13,312 nucleotides of DNA. Origin: a bacterium. GTDB taxonomy: Bacteria; Zhuqueibacterota; Zhuqueibacteria; Oceanimicrobiales; Oceanimicrobiaceae. Made by a program: the position numbers and the translations under genes. Positions 6,529-13,312 of this stretch are shown in pieces. The stretch spans positions 1 to 13,312 of the forward strand of contig JBHHXT010000127.1 in assembly GCA_046757165.1 (NCBI GenBank), given 5' to 3'. The notes under the pieces are model-generated. The model worked only from the letters and a program-made list of their open reading frames with translations. It ran no database searches and was not told the DNA's origin. Every line of letters starts with the position of its first letter. Position 1 is the stretch's first letter.

Positions 6529-6708
6529 TTAAGCGTCGGTTCCTTCCTTCTGAAGCCGCTTGATAGGAAGTGAAACTGTTTGAATCCCGCTTTTCTTTTC
6601 CTGCTTTTTCAAATCACGATAGATGGATTTTAGATCAAAATTGAATTGTTGTGCGTGTTCCTGTCGAATCCTGTGACTCTCATCAACAATAGGGTCATGC
6701 CACATCAT
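6529..6708 (-). CDS. Small hypothetical protein downstream of PIN gene (putative antitoxin partner)
   Basis: MMWHDPIVDESHRIRQEHAQQFNFDLKSIYRDLKKQEKKSG... The start overlaps the PIN stop (TAATG) and has GGAGAG upstream. DPIV.E...R..HA..F..DL is a pattern I recognise in small proteins that follow this PIN subfamily. Confidence 0.75.
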   Translation of the reverse strand: MMWHDPIVDESHRIRQEHAQQFNFDLKSIYRDLKKQEKKSGIQTVSLPIKRLQKEGTDA

Positions 6709-7060
6709 TACTCTCCCATAAGTTCGTAAGGCGTACAAATAGTTGGGATTTCGTAGCCCTGCTCAAGACTAATCTTAGCAATTCTTTTCTGAATCTCCGC
6801 ATTTGCCATGTGTTTGCAATTCCATGTCAAAAGATAATCTATTCCAAAAATGGTCGCAACCGCTATGTGCAGTGCGTCGTCTGATGCTTTGTGCGGCAAT
6901 GCGTTTTGGGTGATGAAAGATTGAGCCAATTCTAATGCTTCGGTTCGTAACTCGAGCACTTGTAGATTCTGTAATGCTGCGCGGCGACAATTAGATCTCT
7001 ACTCGGGCGAGAAGTGAGATAGCTAACAAAACTCGTTTCAACATAAACTCTTTGCTTCAC
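6708..7060 (-). pseudogene. PIN-domain (VapC-like) toxin gene with internal deletion and frameshift
   Basis: GTG 7060 reads MKQRVYVETSFVSYLTSRPSRDLIVAA. After about 6980 the homologous sequence continues in another frame: AALQNLQVLEL...DDALHIAVAT..GIDYLLTWNCKHMAN...PTICTPYELMGE*. The span is 353 nt, not a multiple of 3. Confidence 0.85.
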
Positions 7061-7066
7061 GAGAAC

Positions 7067-7095
7067 AATGTACGAAATCCGAGTCTATTTGTCAA
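7067..7095 (-). promoter_or_regulatory. Near-consensus sigma70 promoter positioned for a leaderless PIN mRNA
   Basis: TTGACA (7095-7090), 17 nt, TACATT (7072-7067), 6 nt, then GTG start (7060), with no Shine-Dalgarno. Confidence 0.7.
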
Positions 7096-7171
7096 TTTGA
7101 ATAAAACTAGAAGACCGCTGCGTTTAACTCTGACCCATCGCCAGTAAGGTCTGGCGGCTCGAGGTAGCCAT

Positions 7172-7729
7172 TCAGTCCAGGTACATATCCAGAATTGCCT
7201 TGACGAACGCATTGACTGTCGGGTTGGGGCCGGAGCCAAAGTTCAGGTGGTCCCCCTCTTCATTCCAGGCGCCCAGGATCGTGCCGGACATGCCCGGGAG
7301 CAGGACGAGACTATGCTCCAGGGTGACATAAAATACACGGTCTTGATGGTAAACCAGCGCGGTAAAGTAGGCCTCCGGCACGATCTCAGGAGCTGGATAC
7401 TTGACGACGAATACCACCATGTCCCTTGCCGGATTCCTGACGATGAGCTCGAGCCCTTCAGAGCTCAATCTCTCCGACTCTTCCAATCGGCTCCCCAACC
7501 TGTCCCAAAGCCAGGTCAAAAACAACGGGCCATCAGATTCCAACACCTCCCGGATGCCGTTCGGATCCTCGTAAAAATAGGTCGGCAGCATTTTGTGGGC
7601 AAAATGATAATGATGCCGCCTCGCCCCGGGTAAAGTGTCTTTGGGGGCCCGGGTTTTCACCGTTGTCGCCTTACAGGCCGCAAAAAGGGCCAAAAGCGTG
7701 AACGATAACAGCATGGTTGTTCTCTTCAT
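7172..7729 (-). CDS. Hypothetical lipoprotein
   Basis: MKR + hydrophobic stretch + lipobox-like FAAC; motifs HHYHFAH, PEAYF, YVTLE and W...G.HLNFG.GP; RBS AGGTG; 13 bp downstream of the preceding gene. Confidence 0.8.
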   Translation of the reverse strand: MKRTTMLLSFTLLALFAACKATTVKTRAPKDTLPGARRHHYHFAHKMLPTYFYEDPNGIREVLESDGPLFLTWLWDRLGSRLEESERLSSEGLELIVRNPARDMVVFVVKYPAPEIVPEAYFTALVYHQDRVFYVTLEHSLVLLPGMSGTILGAWNEEGDHLNFGSGPNPTVNAFVKAILDMYLD

Positions 7730-7742
7730 GATTTCACCTGTT

Positions 7743-8978
7743 TCATTTATTTGTCACATCCCCTGGCGGCACATCGGGTTTCGGGGGTGATATTCTCTTG
7801 ATTCGAACTTCCACCCTTCTGGCCTTTGCCATTTCTTGTTGATCGATTCCATCTGGCTGCCCCACGGGCCCTGTGCCGATCACTCTAAAATGGATTCTGC
7901 CCTGATCTTTCAACTGCTGATACTGGATGCTTTTCGAGAACAAGGCGTCGACATATTCCATGGTATAATAGGCGCGCAGCTGCGATAGAATGACATTGTC
8001 CATCGTAACTCCCGTTTCAATCTCGATGTCCGGGAATTCGGGATCGTTGTTTTCAAACACCACCGTTTCTTCCAGGTATTTTGCCGAGATAGGCCGCGGG
8101 TCCGTGCGGCCTTCAAACTCGATGCGCAGGTGCTCGGCCTTTCTTTGCCTGATGTATTTCTCAAAAGCCTTTTGGGATTCTTTGTACAAGGTATCAAAAG
8201 CATTTTCAACATGTCCGACATTATCGCGATCCAGCTGAGTAATGTTTTCCATGGGCAGGTTGACCCGCCCTTCCTGTATTTTGAACTGCAAATCTACCAG
8301 ATTCTCCCGGGTCGTGGGTCGATAATAGCCAGAAACGAAAAACTTGATCCGGTCGAAATAGGTGTCAATACCAATGACGTCGTCGGTCGATTCAATGGAA
8401 ATGAATTTGGGAGTGGTGCAAATATTCATCAAAGCCGTCTTGTTTTCCTTCCAGAGATTCCCTTGAATATATAAGGCATAGACCCCATTTTCAAAAACCC
8501 CTGCCTCGTCAATGAAAACATATTGGGGAAGGTATCTGACCGAATCATTGTACGTCACCCGTTCAACTGTGTCCTCTTCGTCAAGGTATTTCAACGCCCC
8601 GGTGAAAGCATGCTTGCGACGTTTGATCAGCTCGACCACGTCATCATCGTGAACCATGATTTCTTGCCGCGCAATGTCCCGGCCCTTCAGGTCTTTGATG
8701 ACGATATACGCCTCGATATTTTTCTTCAAGATGTTGTCAACCAGCCGGAGAGTTCGCGCATCCTTCAGATCCAGGATGACTTCCAAATAGGTCTTGTCAT
8801 CATCAAAATTGTACTTTTGCAGAACCGGCATTTTGCTGCTGTTCGTCAAATCGACCCGGCTATTTTCCCGGTTGAAAGCGAATAGAACCAGGTCGTCAAA
8901 ATCTTTTTGCACAAGGGTCCTGGTGCAGCTCGAAAGCAACACCAGACCCAAAACAAGATTTAAGGCATGCTTTGTCAT
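7743..8978 (-). CDS. Lipoprotein with divergent C-terminal OmpA-like peptidoglycan-binding domain
   Basis: Lipobox LSSC; C-terminal IEFEGRTD...NVILSQLRA...IGTG...ARRVEVRI matches the OmpA_C G.TD / NxxLSxxRA / RRVE signature; RBS AGGAG. Confidence 0.75.
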   Translation of the reverse strand: MTKHALNLVLGLVLLSSCTRTLVQKDFDDLVLFAFNRENSRVDLTNSSKMPVLQKYNFDDDKTYLEVILDLKDARTLRLVDNILKKNIEAYIVIKDLKGRDIARQEIMVHDDDVVELIKRRKHAFTGALKYLDEEDTVERVTYNDSVRYLPQYVFIDEAGVFENGVYALYIQGNLWKENKTALMNICTTPKFISIESTDDVIGIDTYFDRIKFFVSGYYRPTTRENLVDLQFKIQEGRVNLPMENITQLDRDNVGHVENAFDTLYKESQKAFEKYIRQRKAEHLRIEFEGRTDPRPISAKYLEETVVFENNDPEFPDIEIETGVTMDNVILSQLRAYYTMEYVDALFSKSIQYQQLKDQGRIHFRVIGTGPVGQPDGIDQQEMAKARRVEVRIKRISPPKPDVPPGDVTNK

Positions 8979-9027
8979 TTTTGTTGCTCCTGCTAAGTGG
9001 TTTATTGCAGCCCCTTCTCAAGGGTTA

Positions 9028-9104
9028 ATCTCACGCAGAGTCCGCAAGGCTCGCTGAGAAATGAGTCACAAAAACAAACAAACTCAGCGGTCTTTGCGTG
9101 GGAT
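9028..9104. repeat. Inverted array of 9-bp CGCAGAG-type units around an A-rich spacer
   Basis: ATCTCACGCAGAGTCCGCAAGGCTCGCTGAG (9028-9058) compared with the reverse complement of 9083-9104, ATCCCACGCAAAGACCGCTGAG. Confidence 0.7.
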
Positions 9105-9221
9105 GAAGTGGGCTTTTGAGCGTTGCACGAAATGCTGAAGCATTTCACTCCCGACTCACTCCCGGCTCAGTCTGCCTTTGAGCGAGTTCATGAATTCCAA
9201 AAACAAGCAGACAGCTTCTCC

Positions 9222-10361
9222 TTAACCTTCAGTTTCTCCTTGCCCAAATTCCTTGCTCACCTCAAAATCAGGAATCTTCAGAGTCTCGCCCGGTTGCAAT
9301 TCGTACTCGTCCGGTTTGTGATAATACCCTTTCACATAAGCCCTGTACGAAACACCAATCCTTCTTATAGCACGATATTGATACATCCATTGACGTTCAG
9401 GCGCCCGAAAAAACAAATAGTATCGTCCGGCCGGAAGATTTGAAAACCTGAACTCCCCTTTAGTGTTCACGACCGTGTCTTTCACAAATGTCGTCACAGG
9501 CAGATCCGGAAGGGGCCTGCGCGGAAAAGTTATTGGAAAATCTGGCCGGGCAATCACCTTACTTTGCTCACTCCAGGGGCCTATTTTTTTGAGCAATCTG
9601 ACCCGTGCGTTCAACACAGGAGTGCTGTCCGGCCAGGTGACGCGGCCTTCGATAGAGCCATCTCCAGGTGACAGATGGTCATTCTCAATGCTTGCAGCAG
9701 TTTTCAGGTCCTGGCGCAGATCGATGGTACTCAATCCTTGATACCAGGAAGTGTCCGTCTCTGCTGGCCAGAGGTGGGCGAGATAGCTAACACTATCCTT
9801 AAGAATTGGAACGGGGAACCATTTGATAAGTGGTTCACGGAGCTCGAGCGGTTCATAAAGCTTCGATGGTTGAGGAATCTCAAGTGGCTTAGGGAGTCTT
9901 AATGTTTCAATGGACTTTACCGGTTCAGGCAGCTTCAATGGGCCATGGTGTGCTGCTTTAGCTACATGCCGGGAAACTTCAATTTTGTCAAAATCTTCTT
10001 TTGAAATTGGATGTGTCCGGTCGCTTTCACCCAAAACCTTTCGGATAGGTCCAGAGACGGCTGAAGCTCTCTTTACAGCAAACGTATCACTCTTGAAATA
10101 TTTTTCATGACCGTAGCAGACGAGTGTGTAATATTCGCCTGCCGCAACATCAACTGTCAGACTTTCGCCATCAGGAATCTGCATCACGACACTTGTACTT
10201 GTCGATCCGACAAGCTTCACTTCTGCAAAGGTGCCTGAGTGATTTTCAAAAGTGATGTTTAGAGCTTCCTGTGGCGAAACATGTCGCTGGTGCGCACATG
10301 CAAGGGGGATGACCAAAACGGTAGAAAGTAGGAGCCTTAGATTAGATCTATTTTTCATCAT
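9222..10361 (-). CDS. Probable lipoprotein with Pro-rich linker and carboxypeptidase-regulatory-like (prealbumin-fold) domain
   Basis: Signal peptide ending IPLAC; GSIEGRVTWPDSTPVLNARVRL...NTKGEFRFSNLPAGRYYLFF; RBS GGAAGGA. Confidence 0.75.
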   Translation of the reverse strand: MMKNRSNLRLLLSTVLVIPLACAHQRHVSPQEALNITFENHSGTFAEVKLVGSTSTSVVMQIPDGESLTVDVAAGEYYTLVCYGHEKYFKSDTFAVKRASAVSGPIRKVLGESDRTHPISKEDFDKIEVSRHVAKAAHHGPLKLPEPVKSIETLRLPKPLEIPQPSKLYEPLELREPLIKWFPVPILKDSVSYLAHLWPAETDTSWYQGLSTIDLRQDLKTAASIENDHLSPGDGSIEGRVTWPDSTPVLNARVRLLKKIGPWSEQSKVIARPDFPITFPRRPLPDLPVTTFVKDTVVNTKGEFRFSNLPAGRYYLFFRAPERQWMYQYRAIRRIGVSYRAYVKGYYHKPDEYELQPGETLKIPDFEVSKEFGQGETEG

Positions 10362-10400
10362 GGTTGTTCCTTCCTTCTGGTGTTAATACAAATCCCTCCA

Positions 10401-10582
10401 TAATTAGTTTTTGACCGAAAACTCCGATTCTTGATGTCATTGTCCCGGATGTCTTATGCCTTCGGGACTTCTCAGCGAAGCAATCCCCATATTAGGCACG
10501 GGAGGAGATTGCTTCGTCCCGCAAAAAACGCGGGACTCGCAATGACAGCGCGTTAGATGAATTTTCGGTCAATCACCAATTA
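10401..10582. mobile_element. 182-bp MITE-like element with 24-bp terminal inverted repeats enclosing a palindromic REP-like pair
   Basis: TAATTAGTTTTTGACCGAAAACTC (10401-10424) matches the reverse complement of 10559-10582, TAATTGGTGATTGACCGAAAATTC, at 20/24, and both ends are TA. Inside are TGTCATTG...CGAAGCAATC and GATTGCTTCG...CGCAATGACA. Confidence 0.7.
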
Positions 10583-10595
10583 AGAATTGGGCAAT

Positions 10596-12407
10596 TTACT
10601 TGATTGCCGTAACCTGAATCACCCGAAACTCCACCCGCCGGTTCTTTTGCCGGCCCTCTTCGGTCTCATTGGATGCAATGGGTTTGCTCTTTCCATAACC
10701 GATGGCCGTTAGTTTGGAAGCCTCACAGCCAACAGATATAAGATAATCAACCACCGCATGTGCCCGTTGCTCGGACAACCAAAGATTATATGCTTCTGTG
10801 CCGACATGGTCGGTGTGGCCTAAGATTTCCACTTTCATTTCTGGATTGTTCTTCAAAATCCTGGCAAGGCGATTCAATTCCGGATGAGATTCGGATTTGA
10901 GCTCGTATTTGTCGAAATCAAAAAAGACATTATTGATCCGTACCGTGGTGTCCTGAGCAATGGCAACCAGAACAATATCTTCGGTCCTCTCCAGCGCATC
11001 CGTTTGGGTCCGTAGGTCCACATGACTTGACGTCGGATAGTACCCCTTAACTTTGGCATAATAGCCGTAGTTTTTGCCCAATGGCAGCGCAATGAAATAG
11101 CTCCCATCCTGCGGGTCACTGCTGAGCTGGCCAACGTTTTGGCCGGTGGTCAGATCCTCCCACCTGACATCTGCAGCCAGAGGATTTCCATTGCTGTCAG
11201 TGACTTTACCGCGAATGGTCACGACGATGTCCGGCTCCCCTATCCGCGGTAGCGTTACGGAATAAATATCCCAGTTCCCGTACCCCCCGGCTCTGTTCTT
11301 TGCAGCATAGTAGGCAAGTTCACCCGAAGTCGTGACAGTATAGCCCATGTCGTTGTCAGCCGTGTTGATTTCCTTACCCAGATTGACAGGCTCGCTCCAC
11401 TCAGTCCAGGAATCATCGCGGAGGCGGACCGCCTTAAAAACATCCAGACGACCCAGGCCGTAGTGGCCGGTTGAGTTGAAGTACAAAGTCTTGCCATCAG
11501 GATGTAGGAACGGAAGGACCTCGGTAAAAGGGGTATTAATTGTCGGCCCCAAATTGGTGGGTTGGCTCCATCCTGTGTCAGTTACGACGGAAACGTAGAT
11601 ATCTTCGTTGCCCCAGTAGTCGCCGTGGAAGGGTGACCCTAAGAGCTTGAATTGTCCAATGCTTCCTGGCCGGTCGGAATCAAATAGGAGGGCCTTACCG
11701 TCACTGGTAATGAATGGGCCTTGCTCATCGTATCTCGTGTTAATTGGACTGGGAAAGAACCGTACGCTATCCCATCCCGTTGTCGTTTTGGTAACATAAA
11801 AAACGTCTATACGGCCAAAGCCTTCAACAATCCTGCCACTGAGAAGCAGCGTATTTCCATCCGCCGTGATATTGTCGATGGTCTCGTCTCCCAGTGTCGT
11901 ATTAACATCTGGCCCAAGACTCACTGCAGGTTGCCATTGACCGTTGCGGAATTCGGAGACAAATACATCGTGGCGGCCCGGGCCATCGGGTCTCAGATAT
12001 CCGGTAAAATACAAAAAACGCCCATCGGCCGTCGGGGTCGGGTCCCATTCGCCGGCAGCAGTATTGATGTTTGGCCCAAGATTCTTAACCACCAGCCCTT
12101 CCTCATCCGCCTCAAGCAAGGCAATGATCCTCGCAAATCTCTGGTCCATTTCTTTGAACAAAGGGCGATACCGTTTGAAGACCTCACTCGCCTGTTCCCA
12201 CTGACGCCCTCGAATGTAGCGAGCGGCCACCCGCTGAACAGCAACAAAAGCATCTTCCGAAGGTGCATTCTGTTTGATAAAACCATCGCATTGCTCGAAC
12301 ATCTCCAAAGTGCAGTCTCTGGTCAAATCCAGGGGTTGTGAGTGGACGGGCAACGAGGCGATGGTAATAACGGCTGCCCCGATGATGGTATGAATTATTG
12401 CTTCCAT
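10596..12407 (-). CDS. OmpA family protein with PD40 beta-propeller repeats and carboxypeptidase-regulatory-like domain (PorE-like)
   Basis: Signal peptide; repeated NLGP.INT...E..P....DG..LYF units; IRGKVTDSNGNPL domain; OmpA_C VFFDFDK...GHTD..G....N..LSEQRA..V...GYG...P...N.TEEGRQKNRRVEF. ATG 12407 has GAGGAG upstream, so I prefer it to 12437. Confidence 0.92.
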   Translation of the reverse strand: MEAIIHTIIGAAVITIASLPVHSQPLDLTRDCTLEMFEQCDGFIKQNAPSEDAFVAVQRVAARYIRGRQWEQASEVFKRYRPLFKEMDQRFARIIALLEADEEGLVVKNLGPNINTAAGEWDPTPTADGRFLYFTGYLRPDGPGRHDVFVSEFRNGQWQPAVSLGPDVNTTLGDETIDNITADGNTLLLSGRIVEGFGRIDVFYVTKTTTGWDSVRFFPSPINTRYDEQGPFITSDGKALLFDSDRPGSIGQFKLLGSPFHGDYWGNEDIYVSVVTDTGWSQPTNLGPTINTPFTEVLPFLHPDGKTLYFNSTGHYGLGRLDVFKAVRLRDDSWTEWSEPVNLGKEINTADNDMGYTVTTSGELAYYAAKNRAGGYGNWDIYSVTLPRIGEPDIVVTIRGKVTDSNGNPLAADVRWEDLTTGQNVGQLSSDPQDGSYFIALPLGKNYGYYAKVKGYYPTSSHVDLRTQTDALERTEDIVLVAIAQDTTVRINNVFFDFDKYELKSESHPELNRLARILKNNPEMKVEILGHTDHVGTEAYNLWLSEQRAHAVVDYLISVGCEASKLTAIGYGKSKPIASNETEEGRQKNRRVEFRVIQVTAIK

Positions 12408-12525
12408 CTCTCTACTCCTCGCAATTCTTTCGTGCAAGCCGCGGGTTCAGACATCGGTGACCTTCGGCGATTTTCGGTGGTCTCAAGATTCTCCCGCCAA
12501 ATGACAGACGACCCTGCCGCACCTC

Positions 12526-13311
12526 CTACTTCCGGGCCACCGCACTCAGCTCAACGAACTGCACCCGTCGGTTCTCCGCCCGGTCCTCGTCCGTGTCATT
12601 GCCCACAATCGGCTGTGTCTCACCGAACCCCACCGCCACCAACCGCTCCGCGCTAACATTCTGTACAATCAAATAATCCCTGACCGAGTCGGCGCGTTTC
12701 TGCGACAGCTCGCGGTTATACTCCGCGGTGCCGACGTCATCCGTATGGCCTTCGATCTGTATCCTGACTTGAGGATATTTCTTCAATTTCTTCGCCAACC
12801 GGTCCAGCTCAGAATGTGATTTCGCGTCCAGCGTGTGTTGGTCGAACTCAAAAAATATATTGCGCAGAATAATCCTGGGCCCGGCCGTATCGGGCTGGAC
12901 CGTCGCCATGGCAAGACTGTCAGGCACTTTCTCTTTCCCTTCATCATCCCGGATGCGATTCAGCACGATATCCACCCGCACCTCCCGATAGTTCTCCAGT
13001 TCAGTCAGATCAATATTGTCCGAAGTGTCCCAGTAGTGCTCCCTGGTGGCATAATAGCCATATTGTTTCCCTGCGGGCAGCGCAATGGTGTACTCCCCGG
13101 TCACCGGATTGCTGATGGCGACGCCGAGCTCCTTTCCACTGGCGAGGTTCTCCCAGCGAATCTCGGCTTCCAGCGGCTCACCAGCACGGTCCGTCACCAC
13201 GCCTGCGATCAGGGTCACAAAAAGCTCTGGCGCCACGATGGAATCCTCCGGGCTCACCCGGTATTTGTAGATATCATAGAGACCCAGTCCTCCGTCACGG
13301 GCAGAGGCAAA
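12526..13311 (-). CDS. Second PD40-CRD-OmpA (PorE-like) paralogue, 5' part beyond window edge
   Basis: The frame stays open upstream of the track's GTG 13257 to the window edge, reading FASARDGGLGLYDIYKYR (a PD40 repeat end). It then has IAGVVTDRAGEPL...GEYTIALPAGKQYGYYA and OmpA_C IFFEFD...EGHTD...NRELSQKRA...NRRVQF. Confidence 0.9.
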   Translation of the reverse strand, partial: FASARDGGLGLYDIYKYRVSPEDSIVAPELFVTLIAGVVTDRAGEPLEAEIRWENLASGKELGVAISNPVTGEYTIALPAGKQYGYYATREHYWDTSDNIDLTELENYREVRVDIVLNRIRDDEGKEKVPDSLAMATVQPDTAGPRIILRNIFFEFDQHTLDAKSHSELDRLAKKLKKYPQVRIQIEGHTDDVGTAEYNRELSQKRADSVRDYLIVQNVSAERLVAVGFGETQPIVGNDTDEDRAENRRVQFVELSAVARK

Positions 13312-13312
13312 A

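Noticed and set aside
6129..6532. Short plus-strand ORFs 6129..6362 and 6320..6532
   Set aside because: They overlap the leader hairpin, promoter and repeat arrays, with no RBS or protein-like features.
6960..6990. Programmed ribosomal frameshift restoring the PIN toxin
   Set aside because: There is no slippery sequence, and a central segment with an active-site residue appears to be missing, so recoding would not restore function.
7139..7156. CGCCAG-TAAGGT-CTGGCG hairpin after the lipoprotein gene as a terminator
   Set aside because: Only a 6-bp stem with no adjacent U-tract on either strand.
11721..12341. 206-aa plus-strand ORF
   Set aside because: Antisense to the PD40 repeats of the OmpA-family gene, with no motifs.
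13255..13257. GTG 13257 as start of the last OmpA gene
   Set aside because: The frame is open to the window edge and encodes a PD40 repeat upstream, so the true start lies outside the window.

Overview
Bacterial chromosomal window, most consistent with an FCB-superphylum organism (KSB1/Calditrichota/Ignavibacteria-like, inferred from the 'QNYPNPFNP...KKMxLxx' type IX secretion C-terminal domains and PorE-like OmpA proteins). From left to right it holds: a T9SS-secreted subtilase with a non-canonical Glu-Asp-Ser catalytic set; a convergent minus-strand run of DUF427, alpha/beta hydrolase and a T9SS-sorted choice-of-anchor-J-like protein; an unannotated 43-aa membrane microprotein; a conserved hypothetical protein and an SDR whose 5' leader folds into a switch-like RNA; a PIN-domain toxin broken by an internal deletion/frameshift, with its partner gene intact; and a minus-strand envelope cluster of three lipoproteins (one with a divergent OmpA-like domain) and two tandem PD40-CRD-OmpA (PorE-like) paralogues, the last cut by the window edge. 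Most of the larger intergenic spacers contain a different miniature palindromic or tandem repeat element, including a nested 182-bp MITE-like element. I saw no rRNA, tRNA, CRISPR array or transposase. Family names come from motif recognition, not database searches.
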